A DNA stretch of 64,000 bases from an uncultured Gemmatimonadaceae bacterium (GTDB lineage Bacteria; Gemmatimonadota; Gemmatimonadetes; Gemmatimonadales; GWC2-71-9). Within the stretch, counting starts at the first letter, position 1; each line of letters starts with the position of its first letter. Below, one piece after another: positions 26,354 to 35,300 of this stretch. A program made the translations under genes and the position numbers. The DNA lies in assembly GCA_964449145.1 (NCBI GenBank), contig CAYUYF010000006.1, positions 2,847 through 66,846 on the forward strand. Direction: 5' to 3'. Below the pieces are notes generated by a model, which was given only the letters and a program-made list of their open reading frames with translations, was not told where the DNA came from and did not search any database.

Positions 26354-27147
26354 CAGCGGATCAGCTCGTTGGTGACGGTCTGGATCATCTCCTCAGCGGT
26401 CTTGATGGCCTTGGAGTTGACCTCGTAGGCTCGCTGGGCGGTGATCATGTCCACCATCTCCTGCACGATTTCCACGTTGGATGCCTCCAGCGAGCCCTGC
26501 ACCACCTGGCCGAAGCCGTCTTCCATGGGGACGCCCGTCATGGCATCACCCGAGGCGGGCGTCTGCTGGTAGAGGTTGCCACCCAGTGACAGCAGCCCGC
26601 TGGGGTTGGCGAACCGTGCCAGCTCCAGCTGGCCCAGCTCCACCTGCTCCCCCGAGGTGCCGAGAATGGCGCTGACGTTGCCCATCGGGGAGACGGTCAC
26701 CGACACCGCCTCGGGCGGCACGTTGATCTCCGGCACCAGCAGGTGCCCGGCATGGGTCACGAGCGCGCCGGTATCGGCCGCGCGGGTAAAGGTGCCGTCG
26801 CGGGTGTAGGCGTTGGTGCCATTGGGCAACTGGACCTGGAAGAAGCCCTCGCCCTCGATGGCAAAATCGAAGGGGTTGTTGGTCACCTCGAACGCACCCT
26901 GGGTATGAATGCGCTGGATGTCCGCCAGCCGCACGCCCCGGCCGATCTGGATCGGCGCCAGCGTCTCGGTACCCTGGTAGCGAACCAGCTGCGACCCTTG
27001 CAAGGTCTCGTAGAGCATGTCTTCGAAGTTGGTGCGGCTCCGCTTGAACGACGTCGTATTGACGTTGGCCAGGTTGTTGGCGATGGCGTCGATGCGGGTC
27101 TGCTGGGCCCGCATTCCGCTGGCGGAGGCACGAAGGCCTGGGTTCAT
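26353..27147 (-). CDS. flgG: Flagellar distal rod protein FlgG
   Basis: N-terminus LRASASGMRAQQTRIDAIANNLANVNTTSFK; C-terminus LEASNVEIVQEMVDMITAQRAYEVNSKAIKT. Confidence 0.95.
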   Translation of the reverse strand: MNPGLRASASGMRAQQTRIDAIANNLANVNTTSFKRSRTNFEDMLYETLQGSQLVRYQGTETLAPIQIGRGVRLADIQRIHTQGAFEVTNNPFDFAIEGEGFFQVQLPNGTNAYTRDGTFTRAADTGALVTHAGHLLVPEINVPPEAVSVTVSPMGNVSAILGTSGEQVELGQLELARFANPSGLLSLGGNLYQQTPASGDAMTGVPMEDGFGQVVQGSLEASNVEIVQEMVDMITAQRAYEVNSKAIKTAEEMIQTVTNELIR

Positions 27148-27196
27148 GACTGGATCCTCAATGGGGAATCAGCTGTCTGCGATCCGCTCTCCGCGG

Positions 27197-27898
27197 TCAG
27201 GTTACCCGGCCAACGTCGTTGACCACCGTGCCGAGGACCGAGTCCAGGGCCTTGAGGGAGTCGACGTTGGCGGCATAGGCGCGCTGAATCGTGACCAGAT
27301 CCACCACGCCCTTGAGGGTGTCCTGGTTGCTGTCCTCGATCTCGCCCTGGCGCAGGAGGGTCGTGGTGCTATCCACCGGCACGGTCGGCGACTGGGCCAG
27401 GAACCGACCGGCCCCTTCCTTCATCAGGCTGTTGGGATCTTCCACGGTTTCCATCCTGAGCCGGTCGAGCCGGAGACCATCCACCACGACGTCGCCATCG
27501 GCATGAATTTCCAGGCTTGAATAGCGCAGCGGAACGGCGATCGGACCCTCATCGCCGAGCAGCAGGTTCCCGTGGCGGTCACTCAGCCGGTTGGCGGCAT
27601 CGAGCGCGAGCCCACCACCCCTCGTGAGGCGCTCGCCCTGGTCGGTCTGGATGACCAGGAAGCCCGGGCCATCCAGGGCGACGTCGAGGGCTCGCCCGGT
27701 GGCGGTCAGGGTGCTCTGGGAGAGGTCGATCCGGGTCACCGGCACCGGGTAGGTCGCATCGCCCACCAAACGAGCCGACATGACGTCGGCCTTGAACCCC
27801 TCCGTGTCGCTATTGGCGAGGTTGTTGGCGGTGAGCGCCTGCAGCCGGGTGTAGTAGCTGAGTGTCCGCGCGGTGCTCTTGATTGCGTTCAGGCCCAT
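27197..27898 (-). CDS. flgF: Flagellar proximal rod protein FlgF
   Basis: N-terminus RLQALTANNLANSDTEGFK; C-terminus IEDSNQDTLKGVVDLVTIQRAYAANV. Confidence 0.85.
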   Translation of the reverse strand: MGLNAIKSTARTLSYYTRLQALTANNLANSDTEGFKADVMSARLVGDATYPVPVTRIDLSQSTLTATGRALDVALDGPGFLVIQTDQGERLTRGGGLALDAANRLSDRHGNLLLGDEGPIAVPLRYSSLEIHADGDVVVDGLRLDRLRMETVEDPNSLMKEGAGRFLAQSPTVPVDSTTTLLRQGEIEDSNQDTLKGVVDLVTIQRAYAANVDSLKALDSVLGTVVNDVGRVT

Positions 27899-27929
27899 GG
27901 GTCACCTCTGGGAGTCTGCCACGGGAAGG

Positions 27930-27944
27930 GCAATCGCTGTGCCC
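27930..27944 (-). promoter_or_regulatory. Candidate sigma54 promoter for the flgF-...-csrA operon
   Basis: The minus strand reads GGGCAC-AGCGA-TTGC-C. The -12 element lies about 32 nt upstream of flgF ATG 27898, with AGAGGTG as the RBS in the leader. Confidence 0.55.
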
Positions 27945-27969
27945 CGCGACCCCGGGCCGCCGCACGGCG

Positions 27970-28461
27970 CTAACTGATTGCGCGGTATGGCTTTGGTCCG
28001 GACGCCCGAGCCCGTGGGTGAACGGCCGGCACCGGGGCTGGCAGCGCCCGCTGCCGGGCCCGGGAAACTCTTTCCGCCCGGGCGGCAGGAGAGGACGGGC
28101 CGCCGCCGACGGCGACCCGGACCGCATCCTGGGCCAATCGGTAGCGGCGGGCCAGTTCGGGGACGCGCTCACCCTGCTCTGCCCGCCGGCGGAGTTCGCC
28201 GAGCAGCGCACTCGCCGGTGGCGGACCGGCGGGCCGGACCGCGCGGCGTGCTGCCGGGGGCGTCATCCCGCGCCGCCGGAGCAGGAGCAGCATCAGGGTC
28301 AGGGTGAGCCCGGCGGCGGTGACGACCAGCTCTGCGCCCGGTTGCTCAAGCTCGGCCGGCCAGCGGACGTCCCGCAGCCGGCTGAGGATGGTCGGCGCGT
28401 AGGAGAGCAGCACGAATGCCGCCAGAAAGCCTGCGATCAGCCGCAAGAGTCTCGGGTTCAC
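27970..28461 (-). CDS. Hypothetical two-TM membrane protein translationally coupled to fliA (positional analogue of Bacillus SwrB)
   Basis: Its ATG overlaps the fliA stop (ATGA). Transmembrane segments LIAGFLAAFVLLSYAP and LVVTAAGLTLTLMLLLL, followed by a basic cytoplasmic tail with an HTH-like stretch AEQGERVPELARRYRLAQDAVRVAV. Confidence 0.5.
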   Translation of the reverse strand: MNPRLLRLIAGFLAAFVLLSYAPTILSRLRDVRWPAELEQPGAELVVTAAGLTLTLMLLLLRRRGMTPPAARRAVRPAGPPPASALLGELRRRAEQGERVPELARRYRLAQDAVRVAVGGGPSSPAARAERVSRARQRALPAPVPAVHPRARASGPKPYRAIS

Positions 28462-29234
28462 GCGCGCTCCTCCGCCGGGACCAGCCGCTGCCGCAGCCGC
28501 TTGAGGGCCTGAGTGCGGATCTGGGAGACCCGTGACTCGGTGACATGCAGCACCTCGGCGATCTGGCGCAGGTTGAGTTCTTCGTAGTAGTACAGGGCCA
28601 GCACGGTCCGCTCCTTGGGCGGGAGCATACCGATGGCGAGCTTCAGGTTGGCCACGGTCTCCTCCTGGGCCAGCTGCTCGCCAGGCACGGGGGCATTCTG
28701 GTCACGGAGGGTCTCCTCCATGGTGGCCGCCTCGGCGTGCTCCTGGGTCACCGACCCGTCCAGCGAGACCAGCACGGCACCGTCGATCTCCTCCCGCCAC
28801 CGCCAGTAGGTCTGCAGGTCCAGCGACAGGGCACCGGCCACCTCCTGCGGCTCCGGTGCGCGGCCCAGCCGGCTCTCCAGCTGGGCCACGACGGCGGCAA
28901 GCTGGCGGCCCTTGGAGCGGACCGAGCGCGGCACCCAGTCGCGGCTGCGGAGTTCATCGAGGATCGAGCCCCGGATGCGTCGCATGGCAAAGGTGCTGAA
29001 GGCCAGCCCGCGGGAGAGGTCGAAGCTCTCCAGCGCCTGTACCAGTCCCAGCGTGCCGGCGCTCACCAGGTCGTCCACCTCCACCATGTCGGAGACGCGG
29101 GCTGCCACCTGGCGGGCGACGTGGTGCACCAGGCCGAGATAGCGATCGAGCAGCTGGGTGCGAGCGGCCGGGTCGCCGGTCGCACGGTAGCGCTGCCAGA
29201 GCGCGTCGGTCATTGTAGTCGTCTGCGTTGCCAT
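28458..29234 (-). CDS. fliA: Flagellar sigma factor FliA (sigma28)
   Basis: Region 2 (YLGLVHHVARQV, DDLVSAGTLGLVQALESFD) and region 4 (ELNLRQIAEVLHVTESRVSQI). ATG 29234 follows GAGAGGA. The 29333 alternative is a TTG that overlaps flhG. Confidence 0.93.
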   Translation of the reverse strand: MATQTTTMTDALWQRYRATGDPAARTQLLDRYLGLVHHVARQVAARVSDMVEVDDLVSAGTLGLVQALESFDLSRGLAFSTFAMRRIRGSILDELRSRDWVPRSVRSKGRQLAAVVAQLESRLGRAPEPQEVAGALSLDLQTYWRWREEIDGAVLVSLDGSVTQEHAEAATMEETLRDQNAPVPGEQLAQEETVANLKLAIGMLPPKERTVLALYYYEELNLRQIAEVLHVTESRVSQIRTQALKRLRQRLVPAEERA

Positions 29235-29268
29235 CGGGATCCTCTCGTTCTTGCCGAATGCTGTGGAC

Positions 29269-30099
29269 TCAACCGACCAGGCGCGCTGAAGCCGGCAAGT
29301 CGAGCCGCTCGCACACCGCTGTGAGCACATCAATGTTGGGCCCGGACGTCAGCCCGCGGACCAGCTGTCCGGGCGTGCGGACCGCCCGGCGGATCGCCTC
29401 ATCCTCCTGCAGCGCGCCGAGGTACCGGAGGTCGCGCTGCAGAAACCGCTCGGCCGCGGTGGCCAGCCGTTCGAACGCCTGCGGGCCCTCCCGCTCGTCC
29501 ACGACCCGGTTCACCAGGACGTCAATGGGCAGGTCGCTGACCTGGGCGTGCACGATCTTGATCGTGGCGTACGCGTCGGTGAGCGCGGCCGGCTCGGGGG
29601 CGGTGACGACGACCATCCGGGTCGCCCGCATGGTGGCAACCCGCACCACGCTCTCCAGCCCCGGTCCGGCATCGATGACCACCGCGTCGAAGTCGTCATA
29701 CAGGCCGCTGAGCCGGTGGTGCAGCCGGGCGCGGTCCACCGAGCCGAGCGAGTAGAGCGTCTCGGCTCCGCTATCGGCCGGCAGCAGCCACATCAGCTCG
29801 CTTACTGGCGTGAGCAGGTCGCGCGGGGCGGCCTCTTCGGTGAGCACGTGTTCCAGCCGAGCGCCGCGACCCAGCCCCAGCAGCACGTGCAGGTTCCCCA
29901 TGTTCTGGTCGCCGTCGACCAGCAGCACGCGCCGGCCGTCCCGGGTGAGGCGTGCCGCAAGGAGTACCGACACCACCGACTTGCCGACACCGCCCTTGCC
30001 GCTGCCAACCACGATGGTGGGCGGCCCCGGGGCCGCGGCCACCGGGGTGACGGGGCGCCCGGCCATCATGGCGCGAAGCGCCGCCGCCTGGTCCATCAT
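29269..30099 (-). CDS. flhG: Flagellar number regulator FlhG/FleN (MinD-family ATPase)
   Basis: Deviant Walker A GSGKGGVGKS; MinD-like switch regions; ATGA overlap with flhF. Confidence 0.9.
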   Translation of the reverse strand: MMDQAAALRAMMAGRPVTPVAAAPGPPTIVVGSGKGGVGKSVVSVLLAARLTRDGRRVLLVDGDQNMGNLHVLLGLGRGARLEHVLTEEAAPRDLLTPVSELMWLLPADSGAETLYSLGSVDRARLHHRLSGLYDDFDAVVIDAGPGLESVVRVATMRATRMVVVTAPEPAALTDAYATIKIVHAQVSDLPIDVLVNRVVDEREGPQAFERLATAAERFLQRDLRYLGALQEDEAIRRAVRTPGQLVRGLTSGPNIDVLTAVCERLDLPASARLVG

Positions 30100-30974
30100 G
30101 GGGTCACCTCGACGGGCTGGGCGCCGCGGAGCCGCACCGCCGCCACGGCGGCGAGGAGCCGGGGCGCGGCCGCCCGCAGGTCACGCGGGACCTCCTGGCC
30201 GTCCGACATCCAGCGCATCGGCAGCCGGGTTTCCGCCGCGGCGTCAAACAGGGTCCAGTCCTCCGGCGCCTCATCCATCTTGGTCGCGGCCAGGTGGGTG
30301 ATGCCGTGGTCGCGGTAGGCGGCCACGGTGCGGCGCACCAGCCCCGGCTGCAGGCCGGCCGGCAGCACCAGGTGGGTCTCGTTGGGAGAGACCTGCAGCA
30401 GCCACTGCCGCACCTGCAGGGAATCGGTGTGATGCCGCGGCCCGCGGCCCGGGGTGTCCACCAGGATCAGGTCGCACCCGGCGAGTTTTCGGAGTGCCGG
30501 CGCGATGTCGGTGGACTCGTACACCACCTCCAGCGGCAGCCCCGCGATCTCGGCGTAGGTGCGGATCTGTTCCACCGCGCCCACCCGGTAGGTATCGAGG
30601 CACAGCAGCCCGATCCGCTTCCGGCGGAAGAACTCGGGGTGCGTGGCCAGCTTGGCGATGGTGGTCGTCTTGCCCACGCCCGTGGGGCCCACGAAGGCGA
30701 GCACCCGCGGACCGAGCTCCGGCTCGCGCCGGCGGGCGAAGTCTTCCTCCCCTGGGGCAGCCTTGAGGAGGGGGTGACTGCCTCCGTCGGGCGCCATGCG
30801 CCGCCGTTCGTCCGCGGCACTGGCGCCGTCCACGGCGAGCATCTCGAAGCACGGGCTGCCGTCGGCGGCCTTCAGGGTGCGGACCGAGATGACTTCCGCG
30901 TCGGGACCGAGGCGTCGGCTCACGCGGGCCAGCAGCATGTCCACCGCGGTACCGGTAAAGGACTCAAGCGGCAC
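30096..30974 (-). CDS. flhF: Flagellar SRP-type GTPase FlhF (short form, 292 aa)
   Basis: G1 GPTGVGKTTT, G3 DTPGR, G4 TKMDE. GTG start overlapping the end of flhA. Confidence 0.88.
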   Translation of the reverse strand: MPLESFTGTAVDMLLARVSRRLGPDAEVISVRTLKAADGSPCFEMLAVDGASAADERRRMAPDGGSHPLLKAAPGEEDFARRREPELGPRVLAFVGPTGVGKTTTIAKLATHPEFFRRKRIGLLCLDTYRVGAVEQIRTYAEIAGLPLEVVYESTDIAPALRKLAGCDLILVDTPGRGPRHHTDSLQVRQWLLQVSPNETHLVLPAGLQPGLVRRTVAAYRDHGITHLAATKMDEAPEDWTLFDAAAETRLPMRWMSDGQEVPRDLRAAAPRLLAAVAAVRLRGAQPVEVTP

Positions 30975-33135
30975 GGGTCAGCTCCCAGGTGGCAAGACTG
31001 TGGACGGGGGTCTGGGCGGGCAGTTCACCCAGCGACAGCACCGGCAGGTGCGGCAGCACCGGCTCGATCAGGCGCCGAACGCCCACTCGGAGCGCCGGTG
31101 GGGTAATCAGCGGCCGATACTGGCCGTCCCGCTTGTGGGCGTCCATGAGCTCGTTGAGCTGGCGAAGGGCGCCGGTCAGGTCGTCCGGCTCCAGCACTCG
31201 ACCGCCTTCGCGGACCGGCCGGGGCGAGAACAGTCCCATCAGGGCGGTCTCCAGCCGGGGGCCCATGGTGATGCCGCTGATGGCGCCGTCGCCGTCGTCG
31301 AACATCTGGACCAGGACCGAGCTGAGCGTCCGGCGCACCTGCTCGGTCAGCGCCTCCGGGTCCTTGGTGACCTCGGCGGCGTCGGACAGGGTTTCCAGGA
31401 TGAGCGGGAGATCCCGGATCGGGATGCCCTCGCGCAGCAACCGCTGCAGCACCCGGTGCACGGTGCCGAGCGACAGCTTGCCCGGAATGGTGTCGTCCAC
31501 CAGCGCGGGGTGAATCTCCTTCACGCCGTCGAGCAGCTCCCGCACGTTCTGGCGCGACAGCAGTTCGGCCGAGTGGCGCTTGATCGTTTCCATGAGGTGG
31601 GTGGAGAGCACCGTCTGCGGCTCGACCACGCTGTACCCGTTTGCCTCGGCCTCCACCCGGCGTTCCGGGGTAATCCAGATCGCCGGAAGCCCGAAGCTCG
31701 GGTCGGTGGTGCGGATGCCGTCCACCGCCGGAGCGGTCCCGGTGGTGTCCAGCGCCAGGAGGTAGCGGGGCAGCACTTCACCCCCCGCCACCCGGACACC
31801 GCGCAGCTTGATGGCGTACTCGGTGGCCGGCAGCTGGATGTTGTCGCGGATGCGGGCCGGCGGGACGATCATGCCCAGTTCGATCGCCAGCTGCTTGCGC
31901 ATCAGTCCGATGCGCTGCAGCAGGTCGCCCTTCTGCGCTTCATCCACCAGCGGGACCAGGGCGTACCCCACTTCTACTTCGAGCGGCTCCACCTGGAGCA
32001 GGTCGCGGATCGGGGCGGACTCGGGACGGGCCTGCGGAGAAGTCTGGACCATGGCCACCGGGGGCCGCCGGCGTTCCTCGGCCGCGCGCGACAGGAACGC
32101 GGCGATGGCCAGCATTCCGGCGAGGAGCATGAACGGCAGCATCGGGAAGCCGGGCGCCAGCCCCAGCAGCGCAAGGATGGCGGAGGCCATCCACAGGGCG
32201 CCCTGGTGGCGGGTGAGCTGGCTGGCGATCGCCGGACCCAGCGCCGGGCTCTTGGAGCCGTAGGTGACGATGATGCCGGCGGCGGTGCTGACGATGAGCG
32301 CCGGAATCTGGGTGACCAGGCCGTCGCCCACCGAGAGGCTGGTGAAGGTGGCGAGGGCCTCGCTGGCGCTCATGTCCTGCTGGGTGATGCCGATCAGGAA
32401 CCCGCCGACCAGGTTGATCCCGGTGATCAGCAGCCCGGCGATCGCATCACCCCGGACGAACTTGGCGGAGCCGTCCATGGCGCCGTAGAAGTCGGCGTAG
32501 CGCTGGATCTCCTCGCGGCGGCGGCGCGCCTCGGCCTCGTCGATGAGCCCGGCCCCGAGATCGGCGTCGATGCTCATCTGGCGGCCGGGCATGGCGTCGA
32601 GGGTGAACCGCGCGGCCACTTCCGCGACCCGGCCGGCACCCTTGGTGATCACCATGAAGTTGATGACAATCAGGATCAGGAAGATCACCAGCCCGACGAT
32701 GATGTTCCCGCCGATCACCGCGTTGCCAAACGCCGCGATGACGTCGCCGGCGTGGCCGGTGCTCAGGATGAGCCGGGTGCTGTTGACGTTGAGCCCGAGG
32801 CGGAGCAGCGTCACCAGCAGCAGCAGGCTGGGAAAGATGCTGAACTCCAGCGGGTCGTTGACCGAAAGCGTGACCAGCAGCACCAGGACCGAGATTGCCA
32901 GCGACATCGCCAGCAGGGCATCCAGGATGGCGGGCGGGAGCGGCACCACCAGCAGCGCCACGATGACCACGACCGACAGCGCCAGCCAGGTCTCCGCGCC
33001 GCCGCCAAAGCGCTGCAGCATCGAGGCGGCCCCAGCGCTGTCGCCTCGCGGTGCGCCGCGGGCCCGCCCGGGACCGGGCGTCGGGGCGGTGGCCGCGGCG
33101 GTGATGCCGCCGATCGCCGCGCTGGGCGTGGTCAT
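30964..33135 (-). CDS. flhA: Flagellar export gate protein FlhA
   Basis: Eight-TM N-terminus with the FHIPEP-type segment (GAMDGSAKFVRGDAIAG) and a large cytoplasmic C-terminus. 723 aa. Confidence 0.97.
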   Translation of the reverse strand: MTTPSAAIGGITAAATAPTPGPGRARGAPRGDSAGAASMLQRFGGGAETWLALSVVVIVALLVVPLPPAILDALLAMSLAISVLVLLVTLSVNDPLEFSIFPSLLLLVTLLRLGLNVNSTRLILSTGHAGDVIAAFGNAVIGGNIIVGLVIFLILIVINFMVITKGAGRVAEVAARFTLDAMPGRQMSIDADLGAGLIDEAEARRRREEIQRYADFYGAMDGSAKFVRGDAIAGLLITGINLVGGFLIGITQQDMSASEALATFTSLSVGDGLVTQIPALIVSTAAGIIVTYGSKSPALGPAIASQLTRHQGALWMASAILALLGLAPGFPMLPFMLLAGMLAIAAFLSRAAEERRRPPVAMVQTSPQARPESAPIRDLLQVEPLEVEVGYALVPLVDEAQKGDLLQRIGLMRKQLAIELGMIVPPARIRDNIQLPATEYAIKLRGVRVAGGEVLPRYLLALDTTGTAPAVDGIRTTDPSFGLPAIWITPERRVEAEANGYSVVEPQTVLSTHLMETIKRHSAELLSRQNVRELLDGVKEIHPALVDDTIPGKLSLGTVHRVLQRLLREGIPIRDLPLILETLSDAAEVTKDPEALTEQVRRTLSSVLVQMFDDGDGAISGITMGPRLETALMGLFSPRPVREGGRVLEPDDLTGALRQLNELMDAHKRDGQYRPLITPPALRVGVRRLIEPVLPHLPVLSLGELPAQTPVHSLATWELTRAA

Positions 33136-34223
33136 CTATCCCTCCGCCGGGGCAACGGCATGCCCTTCCGCTTGAATACGAAGGCGATCACTTCGGCGAC
33201 GGCGACGTAGAGCGCGGCCGGGATGGCCTCATTCACCCTGGCGCTGGCCAGCAGCGCCCGGGCGAGCGGCTTGTTCTCGAGCACCGGCACGCCGGCCCGG
33301 TGGGCAATCTCCTTGATGCGCTGGGCCAGCAGCCGCTCGCCCATGGCCACCACGATCGGCGCGGCCGAGATCAGCGGGTCGTACTTGAGCGCCACGGCGA
33401 TGTGAGTCGGGTTGGTCACCACCACGTCGGCGGTGGCGACCTTGCCGAGCATCCGTTTGCGTGCCATCTGCCGCTGCAGCTGGCGCACCCGGCCCTTGAT
33501 CTGCGGGTCACCCTCGGTCTCCCGGTGCTCCCGGGTCACCTCCTGACGGGTCATTCGCAGGTTCTTCTCGTACTGCCAGACCTGGTAGCCGTAGTCCGCC
33601 GCTGCGATGGCCAGAAAGGCCAGGCCGGTGAGCATCGCCATCCGGACCGCCAGCGTCCGCGTCAGCCCGAGGATCACGGGGACGTCGGCGCCGCCGCTGG
33701 AGAGGACCTCCGGCCAGGCCCGCTTGAGCACGAGGTAGGTCACAAAGCCCAGCAGCGCGAACTTGAGCAGCGCCTTGAGCAGATTCACCAGGGCGTCCAG
33801 GCTGAACAACCGACCGAGCCCGGCCACCGGATCGATGTGCGAGAGCTTCGGACCGAGTGGCTCGACCGACACGATGCCCCGGGCCTGGACCGCATTGACC
33901 AGGAGCGTGACCGCCAGGATGCCGATCAGGAACGGCGCCAGCGCCAGGAGCGTCGTGCGGCCGAGGTGCTGGAGGATGGTGGCGGCCTGCAGGGCGCTGA
34001 GCGGCTGGGCGCTGAGCCAGGCGATGTCCGTCCGCATGATCGCGACGCTATGGTGCGCCAGGCTGGTGCCACCAACGAGGGCGAGGGCCGCGGTGCCGGC
34101 CAGCAGCAGCGTGGCGCTCGAGAGCTCCTGGCTGCGCGGTACCCGGCCTTCACGGTGCGCCTCCTCGCGGCGGCGGGGGGTCGCAGATTCGGTGCGTTCC
34201 TGACCGTCGTCTTTCGCCGCCAT
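33132..34223 (-). CDS. flhB: Flagellar export switch protein FlhB
   Basis: N-terminus DGQERTESATPRRREEAHREGRVPRSQE and the autocleavage site VVVTNPTHIAVAL. Confidence 0.95.
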   Translation of the reverse strand: MAAKDDGQERTESATPRRREEAHREGRVPRSQELSSATLLLAGTAALALVGGTSLAHHSVAIMRTDIAWLSAQPLSALQAATILQHLGRTTLLALAPFLIGILAVTLLVNAVQARGIVSVEPLGPKLSHIDPVAGLGRLFSLDALVNLLKALLKFALLGFVTYLVLKRAWPEVLSSGGADVPVILGLTRTLAVRMAMLTGLAFLAIAAADYGYQVWQYEKNLRMTRQEVTREHRETEGDPQIKGRVRQLQRQMARKRMLGKVATADVVVTNPTHIAVALKYDPLISAAPIVVAMGERLLAQRIKEIAHRAGVPVLENKPLARALLASARVNEAIPAALYVAVAEVIAFVFKRKGMPLPRRRDR

Positions 34224-34226
34224 CGG

Positions 34227-35027
34227 CTACCTCCCGGCCCCGGCGGCGGTGAAGGCGCGGATGGTGGCCTGGACCTGGTCCGGCATCCCGGCGATCTCGC
34301 CGGTGAGGAAGCGGGCCAGAAACGGCAGGGAGGCCCCGAGGGTCACAAGGCCGATCGAGATCATGACCGGGAACGACAACATCATCACATTGAGCTGCGG
34401 TACCGCCTTGCCCAGAATGGCCAGCGCCAGGTTGGCGAGGAGCAGCGCCACGATAATCGGGGCCGCGACCCGCACCCCGGTGCTGAAGACCGATCCGGCC
34501 AGGAGCGCCACCTCAAGCCCGCCGGAAACACCCAGGACCGCCCGGCCGGCCGGCACCGCCGTGAAACTCGAGGCCAGTGCCTGGTACAGGACGAGATGGC
34601 CATTGAGCGACAGGTACAGCAGCAGCGCGAAGTATCCCTTGAGCTGTCCCACCCCGACGGTGGCGCCTTCCGGCACCGTCCCCAGGGCCTGCCCGAGCGA
34701 CAGCCCCATCTGGAGGCTGGCCACTTCGCCGGCGACGGTCACCCCGTGGATGAGCAGCGAACCGGTCAGCCCGATGGCGAGCCCCAGCAGGGTCTCCCCC
34801 GCCAGCACGAAGGCCGTGGTGGCCATGTCGTCCGGCAGCGGTGCCACGGGGATCACCAGCGGCATCAGCACCACGCTCAGCACCACCGCCACGGACCCGC
34901 GCAGGCTCCGGGGCATCCCGGTGGTGGACCAGAGAGGAGCGGCCAGGAAGAAGCCGGATACCCGGGCGCTCACCAGCACGAACGCCGGCCAGTCCAGCGG
35001 CCCGAGCAGTTCCAGGAGTCCGGGCAT
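34227..35027 (-). CDS. fliR: Flagellar export gate protein FliR
   Basis: Polytopic 266-aa protein between fliQ and flhB with a typical FliR hydrophobic pattern. Confidence 0.92.
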   Translation of the reverse strand: MPGLLELLGPLDWPAFVLVSARVSGFFLAAPLWSTTGMPRSLRGSVAVVLSVVLMPLVIPVAPLPDDMATTAFVLAGETLLGLAIGLTGSLLIHGVTVAGEVASLQMGLSLGQALGTVPEGATVGVGQLKGYFALLLYLSLNGHLVLYQALASSFTAVPAGRAVLGVSGGLEVALLAGSVFSTGVRVAAPIIVALLLANLALAILGKAVPQLNVMMLSFPVMISIGLVTLGASLPFLARFLTGEIAGMPDQVQATIRAFTAAGAGR

Positions 35028-35028
35028 G

Positions 35029-35298
35029 TCAGGTCGCGAGGCTGGGGAGCGAGTTGAGGATCTGGACGAGGTACTCGACCAGTTCGCGGATCATCCAGGG
35101 CAGGGACAGCATGCCCACCAGCGCCACCGCCACCAGTTTGGGGATGAAGGTGAGGGTCTGTTCCTGGATCTGCGTCAGGGCCTGCACCAGGCTGACCAGC
35201 ACGCCCACCAGCAGGGCCGTGACGAGGAGCGGGGCCGCCACCATGAGCACCAGCATCACGGCGCGATTGATCAGCTCGATGGCGAGGCCGGCGGACAT
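35029..35298 (-). CDS. fliQ: Flagellar export gate protein FliQ
   Basis: 89 aa, two transmembrane segments, and the motif LVSLVQALTQIQEQTLTFIPKL. Confidence 0.93.
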   Translation of the reverse strand: MSAGLAIELINRAVMLVLMVAAPLLVTALLVGVLVSLVQALTQIQEQTLTFIPKLVAVALVGMLSLPWMIRELVEYLVQILNSLPSLAT

Positions 35299-35300
35299 GC

